From an uncultured Acidimicrobiales bacterium (GTDB lineage: Bacteria > Actinomycetota > Acidimicrobiia > Acidimicrobiales > DATKAS01): DNA of 64,000 bases. A program made the position numbers and the translations under genes. The notes below the pieces were generated by a model. That model searched no databases. It was not told where the DNA came from and worked only from the letters and a program-made list of their open reading frames with translations. This document shows positions 10,904 through 22,043 of this stretch, in pieces; position 1 is the stretch's first letter, and each line of letters starts with the position of its first letter. The stretch covers positions 7,935-71,934 of the forward strand of contig CAVPSD010000018.1 in the NCBI GenBank assembly GCA_963708175.1, given 5' to 3'.

Positions 10904-12100
10904 CGCGGCACCGGCCGCCATCCGCCGGTCGACCGCCACCCAGAGGAGGAGCGCGAGCACGCAGTTCGCGGCGAGCGTGGCGAATGCGGCGCCGTTCATC
11001 TCGGCCGCCGGGATCAGCGCGAAGTTGAGCAAGAGGTTGAGACTCGCCGCACCGATGAGGTACCGCGCATAGGGCCGGTCGCCTCCGAGCGCAAGCATCA
11101 GGTCGTGCAGCGGTGCCGAGGCGGTGATGACCGCGGTCGAGAGCATCAGAATCACGAGTGGCAGGCGACCCGAAGAGAAGGCGGACCCGAACACGACCGG
11201 CACCAGAAGCGCTGTCGGCACCGCGAGCACCGCGAGCGCGACGCCAGCACGTGCGCTCCAACGCATCGTCGCGGTTCGAAGGGCGGCGGCGCGCTCGGGG
11301 CCCTCACTCACCACGCTGGTCGCCACCGGGAGGAGCCCCCACCGCAAGATCGATAGCAGCGCGAGCCACGCGTTGGGGATTCGGTACACCGCTGCGTAGA
11401 TCCCCGCATCGGACGCCGACACGAGCCACGCCAGAAGAAGTGTGTCCGCCGTCGAAAGCACCTGGTTCGCGATGAGAGCCGCGAGCATCCACGCGTCGAT
11501 CTGCACATGCCCGCCGTCATCGGCCGGGAGGCGATTGAGCACGAGCGAGAGGACGAGCGCCGCGAGATAGGCGAAGGCCGGAGCGGCGGCGGGCCGATCG
11601 AGCGGAAATGCCAACGCCCCCGCGAACAGTGCGAGACCTTGCACCGCGCTGGGCAGCGCGGCGCGACCGCCCCGCTCACGCCCGAGTGCGAGCCAATCTC
11701 GATTGAGCCCCAACGCCATGAGGACGGTCACGAGGGGGACGAACTCGACGTGCCCTGTGGCAGCGACAAGCGCGCAGTAGGTGATCGCCAGCAGTGCGGT
11801 GACTCGAGTCCGGACGCGGACGAGCGACCTGATGTGCGCCCCCCCGTGGCCTCCGGCGACGTCGCGGACGCCTCGCACCGAGACCCCGAAGTCCGCGACG
11901 AGACCGCCATAGCGGCAAAGAAGAAACGCGACCGACAGCTCGCCGAAGCCACTGGTGCCGAGCCGACGGGCTAAGACGATCCACCCCGCGAACTCGGCTG
12001 CCTGGCCTGATGCCCGCAAGAGGAAGAACGGGACCGTCGTCGCGCGCCAGCGCTTGGAGAGCGACGAAGACAACGGCTGAGGGGCGGGTGCGTCGGGCAT
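10895..12100 (-). CDS. Wzx-like polysaccharide flippase (MOP family)
   Basis: Polytopic; LARRLGTSGFGEL, ADTLLLAWL...AGIYAAVYRI, NLLLNFALIP..GAAFAT. Confidence 0.8.
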   Translation of the reverse strand: MPDAPAPQPLSSSLSKRWRATTVPFFLLRASGQAAEFAGWIVLARRLGTSGFGELSVAFLLCRYGGLVADFGVSVRGVRDVAGGHGGAHIRSLVRVRTRVTALLAITYCALVAATGHVEFVPLVTVLMALGLNRDWLALGRERGGRAALPSAVQGLALFAGALAFPLDRPAAAPAFAYLAALVLSLVLNRLPADDGGHVQIDAWMLAALIANQVLSTADTLLLAWLVSASDAGIYAAVYRIPNAWLALLSILRWGLLPVATSVVSEGPERAAALRTATMRWSARAGVALAVLAVPTALLVPVVFGSAFSSGRLPLVILMLSTAVITASAPLHDLMLALGGDRPYARYLIGAASLNLLLNFALIPAAEMNGAAFATLAANCVLALLLWVAVDRRMAAGAASA

Positions 12101-12142
12101 AGCAGGTGCGCTCTCGGAGCGAGCCTACGGGAGGGCAGGATC

Positions 12143-12170
12143 CTCACCTTGCACCTCGAGCGACCGACAA
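12143..12170 (+). promoter_or_regulatory. Putative FliA/WhiG-type promoter upstream of the GT2-rfbG operon
   Basis: CTCA-N16-ACCGACAA. Confidence 0.45.
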
Positions 12171-12180
12171 GATGAGAGCA

Positions 12181-13089
12181 ATGCCCGGCTGCTTCCCCGC
12201 ACCGCTCGTGTCGATCCTGGTGCCGACCTACAACCGTGCGAACCAGCTCTCTGCCGCGCTCGACTCAGCGCTTGCGCAGAGCCATCGGCCTATCGAGATC
12301 GTCGTCTCGGACAATGCATCGAGTGACGAGACACCCTCGATCTGCCAGCGCTACGCGATGCGCCACCCGGAACTCCGCGTCGTGCGTCACGACGAAAACT
12401 GCGGTCCCACTCGCAACTTCGAGTCTCTTCGGGACGTGGCACACGGCGAGTACATGATGTTCCTCGGTGACGACGACTGGCTGGACGTCGATTACGTGTC
12501 CCGCTGCCTGGAGGTGTTCCGCGAACACCCCGACGCCACCGTGGTCGCCGGCCGTGCGATGTACCACCCTGCGCCAGGTGTGCCGACATTCCGTGACGAG
12601 TCGGTCACGATCGACGACCAGGACCCCTCCCGGCGTGTGATCGCGTACTTCCGGTCTGTCATCCGTAACGGTGTCTTCTACGGCCTGGTGCGCACCTCGG
12701 CGGATCGGCAGGTCGAACCGCTGCGAAACAGGATGGGTAACGACTGGCTGCACGTCGCCGCACTGGCATTCCTGGGTCAGATGCGGGTGATCGACGAGGT
12801 CGCGATCCATCGCAGCGCCGGCGGCATGACCACCAGCTTGCGACACGTCGCTCGTGGGCTCGGGCTAGGGCCCGTCCAAGCCAACGTCCCGCTGCTGGCC
12901 ATCGTCTATTGGGTGTTCGAGGACATCGCAATCGGCTCGGATCTGTATCGGCCATTGCGCCTGCCGAGACGAATCACCCTCGCCTCCAAGTGCGCAGGCC
13001 TGCTGCTCGTCCGTTTCGCCGGTCTCGTCGCGACCCGCGCCCAAGCGCGCGCGCGGAGCCTCCGCAACCGGTTCCGGAACGGAGCGTGA
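12181..13089 (+). CDS. Glycosyltransferase family 2
   Basis: VSILVPTYNR, VSDNASSD, FLGDDDW; start uncertain (12172 or 12181). Confidence 0.88.
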   Translation: MPGCFPAPLVSILVPTYNRANQLSAALDSALAQSHRPIEIVVSDNASSDETPSICQRYAMRHPELRVVRHDENCGPTRNFESLRDVAHGEYMMFLGDDDWLDVDYVSRCLEVFREHPDATVVAGRAMYHPAPGVPTFRDESVTIDDQDPSRRVIAYFRSVIRNGVFYGLVRTSADRQVEPLRNRMGNDWLHVAALAFLGQMRVIDEVAIHRSAGGMTTSLRHVARGLGLGPVQANVPLLAIVYWVFEDIAIGSDLYRPLRLPRRITLASKCAGLLLVRFAGLVATRAQARARSLRNRFRNGA

Positions 13090-13090
13090 C

Positions 13091-14146
13091 ATGACGGCTG
13101 ACGCCCGCTTCTGGCGGGAACGCGACGTGCTGATCACTGGGCACACCGGCTTCAAGGGCGCGTGGCTCGCAGCGGTGCTCTCCGAGCTCGGCGCCAACGT
13201 GACTGGTGTCGCCCTTCCGCCGGTGCGCGGCGGAATCTACGACGCAGCGGACGTCGGGTCCCGGGTGGACTCGCGGATCCACGACATCCGGGATCGGGAC
13301 TCGCTCCGAGCGACAGTCATCGAGGTCCAACCGGAGGTCGTGTTCCACCTTGCCGCCCAGGCGGTCGTGTCGGTCGGCTACGCAGACCCGCTGGGTACGT
13401 TCGAGACGAACGTGCTTGGCACCGCCAACCTCCTCGACGCGGTGGGTGATGTTCGGTCGGTCCGCGAAGTGCTGGTTGTCACGAGCGACAAGGTCTATGC
13501 GAACGACGGACGTGGCCGACCGTTCTCGGAGGGCGATTCCCTCGGAGGCGGCGACCCCTACAGCAGCAGCAAGGCTGCCTGCGAGCTCGTCGTCGGGTGC
13601 TGGCGTTCGCTCCTCGCGGGGCGCGACATCCGCGTGGTCTCGGCGCGTGCTGGCAACGTCATCGGTGGCGGCGACGTCGCCCCGGATCGGCTGCTCCCAG
13701 ATGTGTTCAGAGCTCTCGAGGCCGATGGGTGCGTGCGACTCCGACATCCGGAGTCCACTCGACCGTGGCAGTTCGTCCTCGATGCGGTCTTCGGCTACTT
13801 GACCTACGTGGAGCGGTTGGCTGCCGACCCGTCGCTCCCCCCGGCGCTGAACTTCGGCCCGAGCCCGAGCGGCGAGCGCACGGCTCGTGATCTCGTCGAG
13901 GCCGTGCTTCGCGAGCTCGGCGAGGGACGTTGGGAGCCGACTGCCGCGCGTCCGGGCCCCGAGGCGGCCACGTTGCCCCTTGACGCCACCCTCGCGGCGG
14001 AGACTTTGGGTTGGCGGCCGGCTCTCGACCTCGACTCGGCCGTGCAGTGGACATGTGAGTGGTTCCGGACGTCGCAGGCCAGGGGGGATGTCGCGGCCCT
14101 TTGCGCTGATCAGATCACGCGCTACCGCGCTTTGGTGGGCAGATGA
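13091..14146 (+). CDS. rfbG: CDP-glucose 4,6-dehydratase
   Basis: ITGHTGFKGAWL, HLAAQ, TSDKVY, DPYSSSKA, RAGNVIGGGD, RPWQ. Confidence 0.95.
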   Translation: MTADARFWRERDVLITGHTGFKGAWLAAVLSELGANVTGVALPPVRGGIYDAADVGSRVDSRIHDIRDRDSLRATVIEVQPEVVFHLAAQAVVSVGYADPLGTFETNVLGTANLLDAVGDVRSVREVLVVTSDKVYANDGRGRPFSEGDSLGGGDPYSSSKAACELVVGCWRSLLAGRDIRVVSARAGNVIGGGDVAPDRLLPDVFRALEADGCVRLRHPESTRPWQFVLDAVFGYLTYVERLAADPSLPPALNFGPSPSGERTARDLVEAVLRELGEGRWEPTAARPGPEAATLPLDATLAAETLGWRPALDLDSAVQWTCEWFRTSQARGDVAALCADQITRYRALVGR

Positions 14147-15372
14147 ACGGCCCGGTGTGCCGATCGTGTGGGGCACGACTCGAGCACACGGTCATCGATC
14201 TCGGCGAGCAGCCCCTCAGCAACGCGTACATCTATGCGTCCGATGTGTCGCGCGAACGCTCGTATCCCCTCCACGCTCGGTTCTGCACTCACTGCTACCT
14301 GGTGCAGGTCGACGACGTGGTGGCGCCGGCCGAGATCTTCGGCGACTACGCGTACTTCTCCTCCTATGCCGAGACGTGGGTCGATCACGCGCGACGCTTT
14401 GTTGAAGACTCAGTCGCGCGCTTCTCCCTGGACGACACGAGCTTCCTCGTCGAGATCGCGAGCAACGACGGCTACCTGCTGAAACATGTCATCGCGCGCG
14501 ACATCCCTTGTCTCGGCATCGAGCCCGCGGCGAACGTGGCGCAGACGGCCATCGACGCGGGCGTGCCGACCGAAGTCTGCTTCTTTGGCTCCGACGTGGC
14601 GAAAGACCTCGTCGCGCGGCGAGGCACGGCCGACCTCGTGGTCGGGAACAACGTGATGGCGCACGTCCCGGATCTCAACGACTTCGTCGCCGGGCTCGCC
14701 CTGCTCGTGGCCGACGACGGAGTCGTCTCGGTCGAGGTGCCGCACTTGCTCGAGCTCGTTCGGGGCCTCGAGTTCGACACGATCTACCACGAGCACTTCT
14801 CGTACTTCTCGCTCCTTGCGATCACGGAGTGCTTCCGGCGTCACGGTCTCGAGGTCTTCGACGTCACAAGGCTCGACACGCACGGGGGCAGCTTGCGGGT
14901 GCAGGCAGCGTCGTCCGCCAGCGGCCGCACTCCAACGTCTGCCGTCGGCGACGTGCTCGACGAGGAGCGCCACTGGCATCTCGACCACACCGACGGCTTT
15001 CGCGACTTCGCTGATCGAGCCGCTACGTGTCGTGACGATCTCATCGTGTTCCTGGACGAGGCGCGAGCCTCGAGTCGCCGCGTCGTCGCGTACGGGGCCG
15101 CGGCGAAGGGGAACACGCTGCTGAACTTCGCCGGCGTCGACACCACCCGCGTCGAGTACGTCGTGGACCGCAACCCGTACAAGCAAGGCCGCGTGCTTCC
15201 CGGCAGCCATCTGCCCATCTTCGACCCAGCCGTGCTGGTCGCCGATCGGCCGGACTTCGTGCTGATCTTGCCGTGGAACCTCCGACAGGAGATCGTGGAG
15301 CAGATGGCCGTCGTGCGGACCTGGGCCGGAAAGTTCGTCGTCGCAGTGCCCGCGATCCAGGAGGTGCAGTGA
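14143..15372 (+). CDS. NDP-hexose C-methyltransferase (Zn-finger, Methyltransf_13/14 type)
   Basis: CRSC...CTHC, EIASNDGYLL, FDTIYHEH, HGGSLR, YGAAAKGNTLLN. Confidence 0.9.
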   Translation: MNGPVCRSCGARLEHTVIDLGEQPLSNAYIYASDVSRERSYPLHARFCTHCYLVQVDDVVAPAEIFGDYAYFSSYAETWVDHARRFVEDSVARFSLDDTSFLVEIASNDGYLLKHVIARDIPCLGIEPAANVAQTAIDAGVPTEVCFFGSDVAKDLVARRGTADLVVGNNVMAHVPDLNDFVAGLALLVADDGVVSVEVPHLLELVRGLEFDTIYHEHFSYFSLLAITECFRRHGLEVFDVTRLDTHGGSLRVQAASSASGRTPTSAVGDVLDEERHWHLDHTDGFRDFADRAATCRDDLIVFLDEARASSRRVVAYGAAAKGNTLLNFAGVDTTRVEYVVDRNPYKQGRVLPGSHLPIFDPAVLVADRPDFVLILPWNLRQEIVEQMAVVRTWAGKFVVAVPAIQEVQ

Positions 15373-15935
15373 TCCTCCGAGATGCCGGTCTGCCCGGCGC
15401 GTTCCTGGTGCAGCAGGAGCGACGCCACGACGTCCGAGGCTTCTTCGCTCGCACTTACTCGGAGGAGGAGTTCGCCAACGCCGGCCTCACCGCGCGTGTG
15501 ACCGAATGCAGCACCTCGTGGAATGAACGGCGCCACACGCTCCGGGGCCTGCACCTGCAGCGCGCACCGCACGAGGAGGTCAAGCTCGTGCGGTGCACGC
15601 GAGGCCGCATCTTCGACGTGCTCCTCGATGTACGCGTGGACCAATCGACGTTCGGCACGTGGGTTGGGCATGAGCTCGACGAATCAGAAGGCCAGGCCCT
15701 GTACGTCCCAGCGGGCGTCGCTCACGGGTACCTGACCCTCGAACCCGGGTCGGAGGTGCACTACCAGATCTCCGCTGGCTATGCCCCCGAGTCAGTGACG
15801 GGGGTGCGATGGGATGATCCCGACGTGGGCGTCGTGTGGCCGGCTCAGCCGGCCGTGATGTCAGACCGCGACCTCAGGCTGCCATCGCTGACTGCGCTCC
15901 GATCGGTCCTCGCGGTCGGCCGGCCCGAGGGCTGA
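15369..15935 (+). CDS. rfbC: dTDP-4-dehydrorhamnose 3,5-epimerase family
   Basis: DVRGFFAR, TLRGLHLQ, KLVRC, AHGYLTL, RWDDP; GTG start overlaps the upstream TGA. Confidence 0.88.
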   Translation: MILRDAGLPGAFLVQQERRHDVRGFFARTYSEEEFANAGLTARVTECSTSWNERRHTLRGLHLQRAPHEEVKLVRCTRGRIFDVLLDVRVDQSTFGTWVGHELDESEGQALYVPAGVAHGYLTLEPGSEVHYQISAGYAPESVTGVRWDDPDVGVVWPAQPAVMSDRDLRLPSLTALRSVLAVGRPEG

Positions 15936-15944
15936 CACGGGGCG

Positions 15945-17255
15945 TCAGCGGCCGTGGCCGAGGACGCTGCGGAGAGTGCGTCCGACGATCCTGGCGTCAA
16001 GTCCCAGGCTCTGACGGCGCAAGTAGAAGAAGTCGTACTGCAGCTTCTCGAGCGCGTCCGTCTCGCTCCCCGCATACCCGTACTTGACCTGGGCCCACCC
16101 GGTCAGCCCTGGTCGGACGAGATGCCGGAACTCGTAGAACGGAAGCTTCTGGACCAGCTCGTCCACGTACTTCGGTTGCTCCGGTCGCGGGCCGACGACG
16201 GAGAGGTCACCGCGCAAGATGTTCAGCACCTGCGGGAGCTCGTCGAGATGAGACTTGCGTAGGAGCCGACCGAACCGAGTCACACGAGGGTCGTCCTCCG
16301 CGGTCCAGGTCGACTCGCCCGAGTCGGGACGCATCGTCCGCAACTTGAAGATCGTGAACGGACGACCACACCGGCCGATCCTGCGTTGTCGGTAGAAGAG
16401 CGGGCCCCGGTTTGCGGCCAGGTTCGCGGCCCATACGAAGGGAACAATCGCGATGAGAGCCACCGCAGCAGGTACGGCAATCGCGACGTCCAATACTCGC
16501 TTCGTCCGCCCATAGCGGACGCGGTGCACCTCACCGATGTCGAACATCAGCGACATGCGCTCGAGCTCTGCCACGGGCAGCTTGCCGAGCCACTCCTCGT
16601 AGAACAGCGACAGGGTCCGCACCCGCACACCGGACTCGTGCAGTATCGCCGCCTGACCAACGAGCGTCTCGTCTGCCTGGGCGTCGCGGTTGAGCACGAG
16701 CACATCAGCACCGAGGTTCGTCACCTCGTCGACCAGCGGCCGGGTCGAGGTCCCCCGGGCCGGATGCATCGACTCAGGCTGGCGGGAGCGAATGATGGTT
16801 GCGGGCCGTTCGGGATGCCCGGCGAGCTCCGCTCGGAGCTCAGCCGCCTCGGTCGGCTCGCCGATCACGACGACTCGGTCCTCGCCCAGCGAGTGGAGAT
16901 CGGCGCTGAGCGCCCAGCACACCAGGAACCAGGGCACCAGCACAATCGCCGAGCCGAACACCACAAAGCGAGGCAACAACGCGTCACCCTCGACGAGCTG
17001 CAAGACCGACACCGAGAGGCATGCGATGCCGCTAGCCGTGACGCTGGCCACGAGCGCCGATCGCCGATCGCGTGGCACATCGGGAAGCCCGTTCGCGTAC
17101 GCAGCGATGCACAGCAGAGCGATGTACCCCATCGACCACGCCAGGCGGCTCGACGCCGTGTAGTCGTAGTCGTGGCGAACGGCATGAATCTTGCTGAAGC
17201 CCAGGACGGCACCCGCCACGCCGAGGTAGAGCAGCGGGCGGGCGAGGCGCCTCAT
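15945..17255 (-). CDS. Polyprenyl-phosphate priming sugar transferase (WcaJ/WbaP-like)
   Basis: KRVLD, FKLRTM, DDPRVTRFGRLLRKSHLDELPQ, GPRPE, RPGLTGWAQV. Confidence 0.92.
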   Translation of the reverse strand: MRRLARPLLYLGVAGAVLGFSKIHAVRHDYDYTASSRLAWSMGYIALLCIAAYANGLPDVPRDRRSALVASVTASGIACLSVSVLQLVEGDALLPRFVVFGSAIVLVPWFLVCWALSADLHSLGEDRVVVIGEPTEAAELRAELAGHPERPATIIRSRQPESMHPARGTSTRPLVDEVTNLGADVLVLNRDAQADETLVGQAAILHESGVRVRTLSLFYEEWLGKLPVAELERMSLMFDIGEVHRVRYGRTKRVLDVAIAVPAAVALIAIVPFVWAANLAANRGPLFYRQRRIGRCGRPFTIFKLRTMRPDSGESTWTAEDDPRVTRFGRLLRKSHLDELPQVLNILRGDLSVVGPRPEQPKYVDELVQKLPFYEFRHLVRPGLTGWAQVKYGYAGSETDALEKLQYDFFYLRRQSLGLDARIVGRTLRSVLGHGR

Positions 17256-17312
17256 CGGCCGGCTCGCTGGCCGCGCCGCGGCGGCGCCACGTATCCCATG
17301 GTCACTCTTTCT

Positions 17313-17340
17313 GCATCGGCCGGCCACTCTGCGCAATGAG
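17313..17340 (-). promoter_or_regulatory. Putative FliA/WhiG-type promoter upstream of the priming transferase
   Basis: Minus strand CTCA-N16-GCCGATGC. Confidence 0.55.
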
Positions 17341-17393
17341 CCGGACGGCCCGTTCACGCTGAGTGGTCGCCCATGGTGACGTAGGGCGGCAGG

Positions 17394-20246
17394 TCACGCA
17401 GACAGGAGGCGCCCGAGAAACTGGCCCGTGTAGCTCTGCGGCGTCGCCGCGACGACCTCGGGCGGGCCCTCGATGACGACCGTGCCTCCCCCTGCGCCGC
17501 CCTCCGGGCCGAGGTCGATGATCCAGTCGGCCGTCTTGATCACGTCGAGGTTGTGCTCGATCACGAGGACTGTGTTGCCCTGGTCGACGAGTCGGCTGAG
17601 GACGGTCAGCAGCTTGCGGACGTCCTCGAAGTGGAGGCCGGTCGTCGGCTCGTCGAGGATGTAGATCGTGTGACCGGTCGAGCGCTTGGCGAGCTCGGAG
17701 GAGAGCTTCACGCGCTGCGCTTCCCCGCCGGACAAGGTGGGAGCGGGCTGCCCGAGCCGGATGTAGCCGAGGCCGACGTCCACCAGCGTCTGCATGTGAC
17801 GCGCGATCGCCGGCTGGTTGGCGAAGAAGTCGACCGCTTCCTCGCACGAGAGGTCGAGCACGTCCGCGATGTTCTTCGCTTTGAACGTGATGTCGAGCGT
17901 GTCCCGGTTGTACCGGGCCCCCTTGCACACCTCGCACGGCACATAGACGTCGGGGAGGAAGTGCATCTCGATCTTGATGGTGCCGTCGCCCGCGCACCCT
18001 TCACACCGGCCACCGCTGACGTTGAACGAGAAGCGGCCGGGCAAGTAGCCGCGCACCTTCGCTTCTTGTGTCTGGCTGAAGAGCCGGCGGATGTGGTCGA
18101 ACACGCCCGTGTACGTCGCGGGGTTCGAGCGTGGCGTCCGGCCGATCGGTGACTGGTCGATGTCGATGACCTTGTCGAGGTGCTCGATGCCTTCGATCTT
18201 CTTGTGCCGACCGGGTGGCATCTTCGACTTGTAGATCCTCTGCATCAGCGACTTGAGGAGGATCTCACCGACCAGCGTCGACTTCCCCGAGCCCGACACT
18301 CCGGTCACCGCGACGAAGCAGCCCAGTGGGATCTCGACGTCGATGTCGCGGAGGTTGTGCTCTTTGGCCCCGCGGATCACGAGCCATTCCTCTCCGGGGA
18401 CACGACGCTTGGCCGGCACCGGGATCGACCGCTTGCCCGCGAGGTATTGGCCGGTCACCGAGTCCTTGTTGCGGATCAGGCCCTTTACCGTCCCGGAGTG
18501 GACGACTTCGCCGCCGTGCTCCCCCGCGCCCGGCCCGATGTCCACCACATGGTCGGCAACGCGGATCGTGTCCTCGTCGTGCTCGACCACGAGCACTGTG
18601 TTGCCGAGGTCGCGGAGCCGCACCAACGTGTCGACGAGCCGACGGTTGTCACGCTGGTGGAGCCCGATCGACGGCTCGTCGAGCACGTACAGCACGCCGA
18701 CGAGCCCGCTGCCGATCTGACTCGCGAGGCGGATCCGCTGCGCCTCACCGCCCGCGAGCGTCCCCGCTGAGCGCGACAACGAGAGGTAGTCGAGCCCGAC
18801 GTCGAGCAGGAAGCTCATCCGGGCGTTGACTTCCTTCACGACACGCTCGGCGATCATGCGGTCGCGCTCGCTCAGCTCGAGTGAAGCGAGCGCCTTGGCC
18901 GACTCGCCGATGCTCAAGGAGCACAGGTCGTTGATGTTGCGCCCGTCGATCGTGACCGCGAGCGACGCTGGCCGGAGTCGCGCGCCGTCGCATGCGGGAC
19001 ACGGCACCTCGCGCATGTACCCCTCGACCTGTTCGCGCGCCCAGTCGCTCTCGGCGTCGGTGTGGCGGCGCCGCAGGAACGGGATGATGCCCTCGTAGCT
19101 CGTCTGGAACGAGCGCTGACGGCCGTAGCGATTCTTGTAACGCACCTGCACCGTGCCCGACTTCGATCCGTGGAGGATCACGTTCTGCTGCGCCTTGGTC
19201 AGCTTCGACCACGGAGCATCCATGTCGATGCCCTGCTCGTCGGCGACGGCCGCGACGAGCCGGGTGAAGTACTGCGTGCGAGCACCGGCCCACGGAGCGA
19301 CCGCGCCCTCGCTCAGCGAAAGGTCGGGGTTCGGCACCACGAGCTCGGGGTCGACCTCGAAGGTCGTGCCCAGGCCGTCGCAGGTCTCACACGCGCCGTA
19401 GGGCGAGTTGAACGAGAAGTTGCGGGGCGCGAGCTCGTCGAACGACGTGCCGCACTTCGGGCACGCGAGGTGCTGGCTGAACGTGAGGATCTCGGCTTCG
19501 TCCTCCTCGGCACCCTTCGGCATGATCTGCACCTCGGCTACGCCTTCGGCGAGACGAAGCGCTGTCTCGAGCGAGTCCGTGAGGCGTCGCTCGATGCCGT
19601 CGCGGCGAACGAGCCGGTCGACGACTACCTCGATCGTGTGCTGCTCGTAGCGCGCCAGCTTGGGCGTGTCACCGATCATGTCGGCGAGGTCGCGGACCTC
19701 GCCATCGATGCGCGCCCGCACGTAACCCTGGCTCGACAGATCGGCGAGGAGTGACTCGTACTCCCCCTTGCGGCCCCGCACGACCGGCGCGAGCACCTGG
19801 AAGCGCGTGCCATCGGGAAGCTGCAGCACGCGGTCAACGATCTGCTGTGGCGTCTGGCGCTCGACGCGGGTGCCGTCATTCGGGCAGTGCGGCACGCCGA
19901 TGCGCGCGTAGAGCAGCCGCAGGTAGTCGTACACCTCCGTGATGGTGCCGACCGTCGACCGGGGGTTGCGCGACGCGGACTTCTGATCGATCGAGATCGC
20001 CGGCGACAGCCCTTCGATGAAGTCGACGTCAGGCTTGTCCATCTGGCCGAGAAACTGGCGCGCGTACGAAGACAGGGACTCGACGTAACGGCGCTGGCCC
20101 TCGGCATAGATGGTGTCGAACGCGAGCGAGGACTTGCCCGAGCCCGACAGCCCCGTGAAGACGATCAGTCGATCGCGCGGCAGCTCGATCGAGACGTTCT
20201 TCAGGTTGTGCTCTCGGGCGCCCCGCACGACGAGCGTGTCGGCCAT
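17394..20246 (-). CDS. uvrA: Excinuclease ABC subunit A
   Basis: GAREHNLKN, two Walker A motifs ([16 protein letters not shown]), LSGGEAQR, zinc fingers. Confidence 0.99.
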   Translation of the reverse strand: MADTLVVRGAREHNLKNVSIELPRDRLIVFTGLSGSGKSSLAFDTIYAEGQRRYVESLSSYARQFLGQMDKPDVDFIEGLSPAISIDQKSASRNPRSTVGTITEVYDYLRLLYARIGVPHCPNDGTRVERQTPQQIVDRVLQLPDGTRFQVLAPVVRGRKGEYESLLADLSSQGYVRARIDGEVRDLADMIGDTPKLARYEQHTIEVVVDRLVRRDGIERRLTDSLETALRLAEGVAEVQIMPKGAEEDEAEILTFSQHLACPKCGTSFDELAPRNFSFNSPYGACETCDGLGTTFEVDPELVVPNPDLSLSEGAVAPWAGARTQYFTRLVAAVADEQGIDMDAPWSKLTKAQQNVILHGSKSGTVQVRYKNRYGRQRSFQTSYEGIIPFLRRRHTDAESDWAREQVEGYMREVPCPACDGARLRPASLAVTIDGRNINDLCSLSIGESAKALASLELSERDRMIAERVVKEVNARMSFLLDVGLDYLSLSRSAGTLAGGEAQRIRLASQIGSGLVGVLYVLDEPSIGLHQRDNRRLVDTLVRLRDLGNTVLVVEHDEDTIRVADHVVDIGPGAGEHGGEVVHSGTVKGLIRNKDSVTGQYLAGKRSIPVPAKRRVPGEEWLVIRGAKEHNLRDIDVEIPLGCFVAVTGVSGSGKSTLVGEILLKSLMQRIYKSKMPPGRHKKIEGIEHLDKVIDIDQSPIGRTPRSNPATYTGVFDHIRRLFSQTQEAKVRGYLPGRFSFNVSGGRCEGCAGDGTIKIEMHFLPDVYVPCEVCKGARYNRDTLDITFKAKNIADVLDLSCEEAVDFFANQPAIARHMQTLVDVGLGYIRLGQPAPTLSGGEAQRVKLSSELAKRSTGHTIYILDEPTTGLHFEDVRKLLTVLSRLVDQGNTVLVIEHNLDVIKTADWIIDLGPEGGAGGGTVVIEGPPEVVAATPQSYTGQFLGRLLSA

Positions 20247-20276
20247 TCCGTCGATCGTACCGCCGCCGCGGCGGTT

Positions 20277-20292
20277 CCGAACAGATGTACGG
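20277..20292. promoter_or_regulatory. LexA (SOS) box overlapping the -35 region of a leaderless uvrA promoter
   Basis: cCGAAC-AGAT-GTACGg versus Gram-positive consensus CGAAC-N4-GTTCG (one mismatch); -10 TACGAT lies 7 nt before the uvrA ATG. Confidence 0.75.
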
Positions 20293-22014
20293 TCAGGACG
20301 CCACGTACCGCCGGATCACCACGTCGAGCCACAGGAAGTTCGTGGTTCGCGCTGTCTCGAAGCGGAAGCCCGGGTAGTCGGGGTTCTCGTCGAGACGCTC
20401 GAGCGGGTCGTCCAACGTGTCGAGCACATCGATCCGCTGAGCACCCATTTGCCGGGCGAGCTCTACGGTGGCTGCGACATCCGCGGGTGTCGCGAGCTCG
20501 TCCGCGGTCTTGGCATCGGCGTGCCGCGCCTCGAGCCAAAGATGGTCTTGATACCAGCCGCCGGTCTCGCTCCCGAAGAAGCCGGCATCGCTGACGATCA
20601 CGACGTCCCGAGGAACCGCAAGGACGTCCGCCGCGAAGCTGGCGACCTCTCGTGTGCGTTCGATGTGCCACACGACGCCGACGAGGCTCATCGCCCCTCC
20701 CAGGGCGACGATGGCGACAACGAACGGACGGGGTCCGAGACGGCGCGCCTGACAGGCCGCGAGCACGACGAGGAGCGTGGTCGGCAGCAGAACGTACCGA
20801 CCTCCCCACTGAGGTGCGTGCCCACCCACCCACTGGGTCATCCACGTCGCGGGCAAGGCGACGAGCGCTCCGATGAACAGCACCGACTCGCGGGGTGTGC
20901 GCTTGCCGAAGAGGCCGAGCGCCGCGACCGGGGCTGCGGGAAGAAGGCCGGGCACCATGGACAGCCCGTAGGTCGCGAACCGCCACGTGAGGCCACCCCA
21001 CGCGATGACCGCGCCGACGACGCCGGTCATCGGCGTCGACGTCGAGTCCGCGGCCGCCGCCGCCATGAGGAGGATGCCGAGGCTGATCACCACGCCGATC
21101 ACGACTGCCAGCCAGTACTCGTTGGCCAACACACCCATGGTCGTCACGATCGCGTCGCGACTGCGATTCGCGAGCTCGAGTCCGAGCGTGGCCCGACCGG
21201 CGACGCGCGCTGAGCCTGTCGCCTCTCCGAACCACACTCGCTCCACGAAGGCGTTCAAGACCAGCGTCGCCCCGCACGCCACTGCGCCGAGCACGAGCTC
21301 ACGCCATCGACGCAACGACCGTGTGCGTTCGACCGGCACGCACACCGCCCCGACCGCGAGCGCGACGCAGCCGAGCAGCATCTCTTGGCGCATGATGCCG
21401 GCCACGCCGACCAGAAGCCCTCCGAGGACCGTTCGGCGGACGCCACCTTCGAAGATCAGCGCGATCCCTAGGAGCGCCAGCGCGAGTCCGGGCGCGTGCT
21501 CCCAGAAGTCGGCTCCGTAGAACAGGATCGGCGACAGCACCCCGACGAACCAGAACGCGAGCCAACCCGAGCGCCCTGACGCCCACCGGGCCAGGCGGAG
21601 CGCCGCGTACGCGGCCACGACGACGCTCAGAGCCGGGAGGACGGCGACGGCGGGCGCGCCGCCGAGCTGCCACAAAGGTCGGGCGGTGACCACGAGCGGG
21701 ACGCTCGTGACCTCGACGTAGTGCTCCCCGTATGGGTAGGTGCCGTAGATGGGGTGGGCAGCCGCGAGCGGATCGAGATCTTTGGCCCAGTACCCGAGGT
21801 CGGGCACCCAGCTCCCATGCTCGGCCATCGTCTTCACGGTGGCCAGCCGACCACCGGCATCGGAGAATGAGGCGGCTCGCGGATCTCCGAGCCACGCCAC
21901 TGTGAGCGTGACGAACCCCACGAGCACCATCGCGACCACGAGCCGCGTGCGCTCGGTCCAGCGTGCGGGGTCGGCGACCTGGGAGCGCTCGACCACGGGC
22001 GCGACGGTAGTCAT
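20293..22014 (-). CDS. Polytopic membrane protein, putative GT-C-fold glycosyltransferase
   Basis: Many TM segments; acidic residue in the first outer loop (FSDAG), FWEH, GGRY motifs; function inferred. Confidence 0.6.
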   Translation of the reverse strand: MTTVAPVVERSQVADPARWTERTRLVVAMVLVGFVTLTVAWLGDPRAASFSDAGGRLATVKTMAEHGSWVPDLGYWAKDLDPLAAAHPIYGTYPYGEHYVEVTSVPLVVTARPLWQLGGAPAVAVLPALSVVVAAYAALRLARWASGRSGWLAFWFVGVLSPILFYGADFWEHAPGLALALLGIALIFEGGVRRTVLGGLLVGVAGIMRQEMLLGCVALAVGAVCVPVERTRSLRRWRELVLGAVACGATLVLNAFVERVWFGEATGSARVAGRATLGLELANRSRDAIVTTMGVLANEYWLAVVIGVVISLGILLMAAAAADSTSTPMTGVVGAVIAWGGLTWRFATYGLSMVPGLLPAAPVAALGLFGKRTPRESVLFIGALVALPATWMTQWVGGHAPQWGGRYVLLPTTLLVVLAACQARRLGPRPFVVAIVALGGAMSLVGVVWHIERTREVASFAADVLAVPRDVVIVSDAGFFGSETGGWYQDHLWLEARHADAKTADELATPADVAATVELARQMGAQRIDVLDTLDDPLERLDENPDYPGFRFETARTTNFLWLDVVIRRYVAS

Positions 22015-22043
22015 TGCCTCTCTATCGGCCGAGGCACCCCCGG

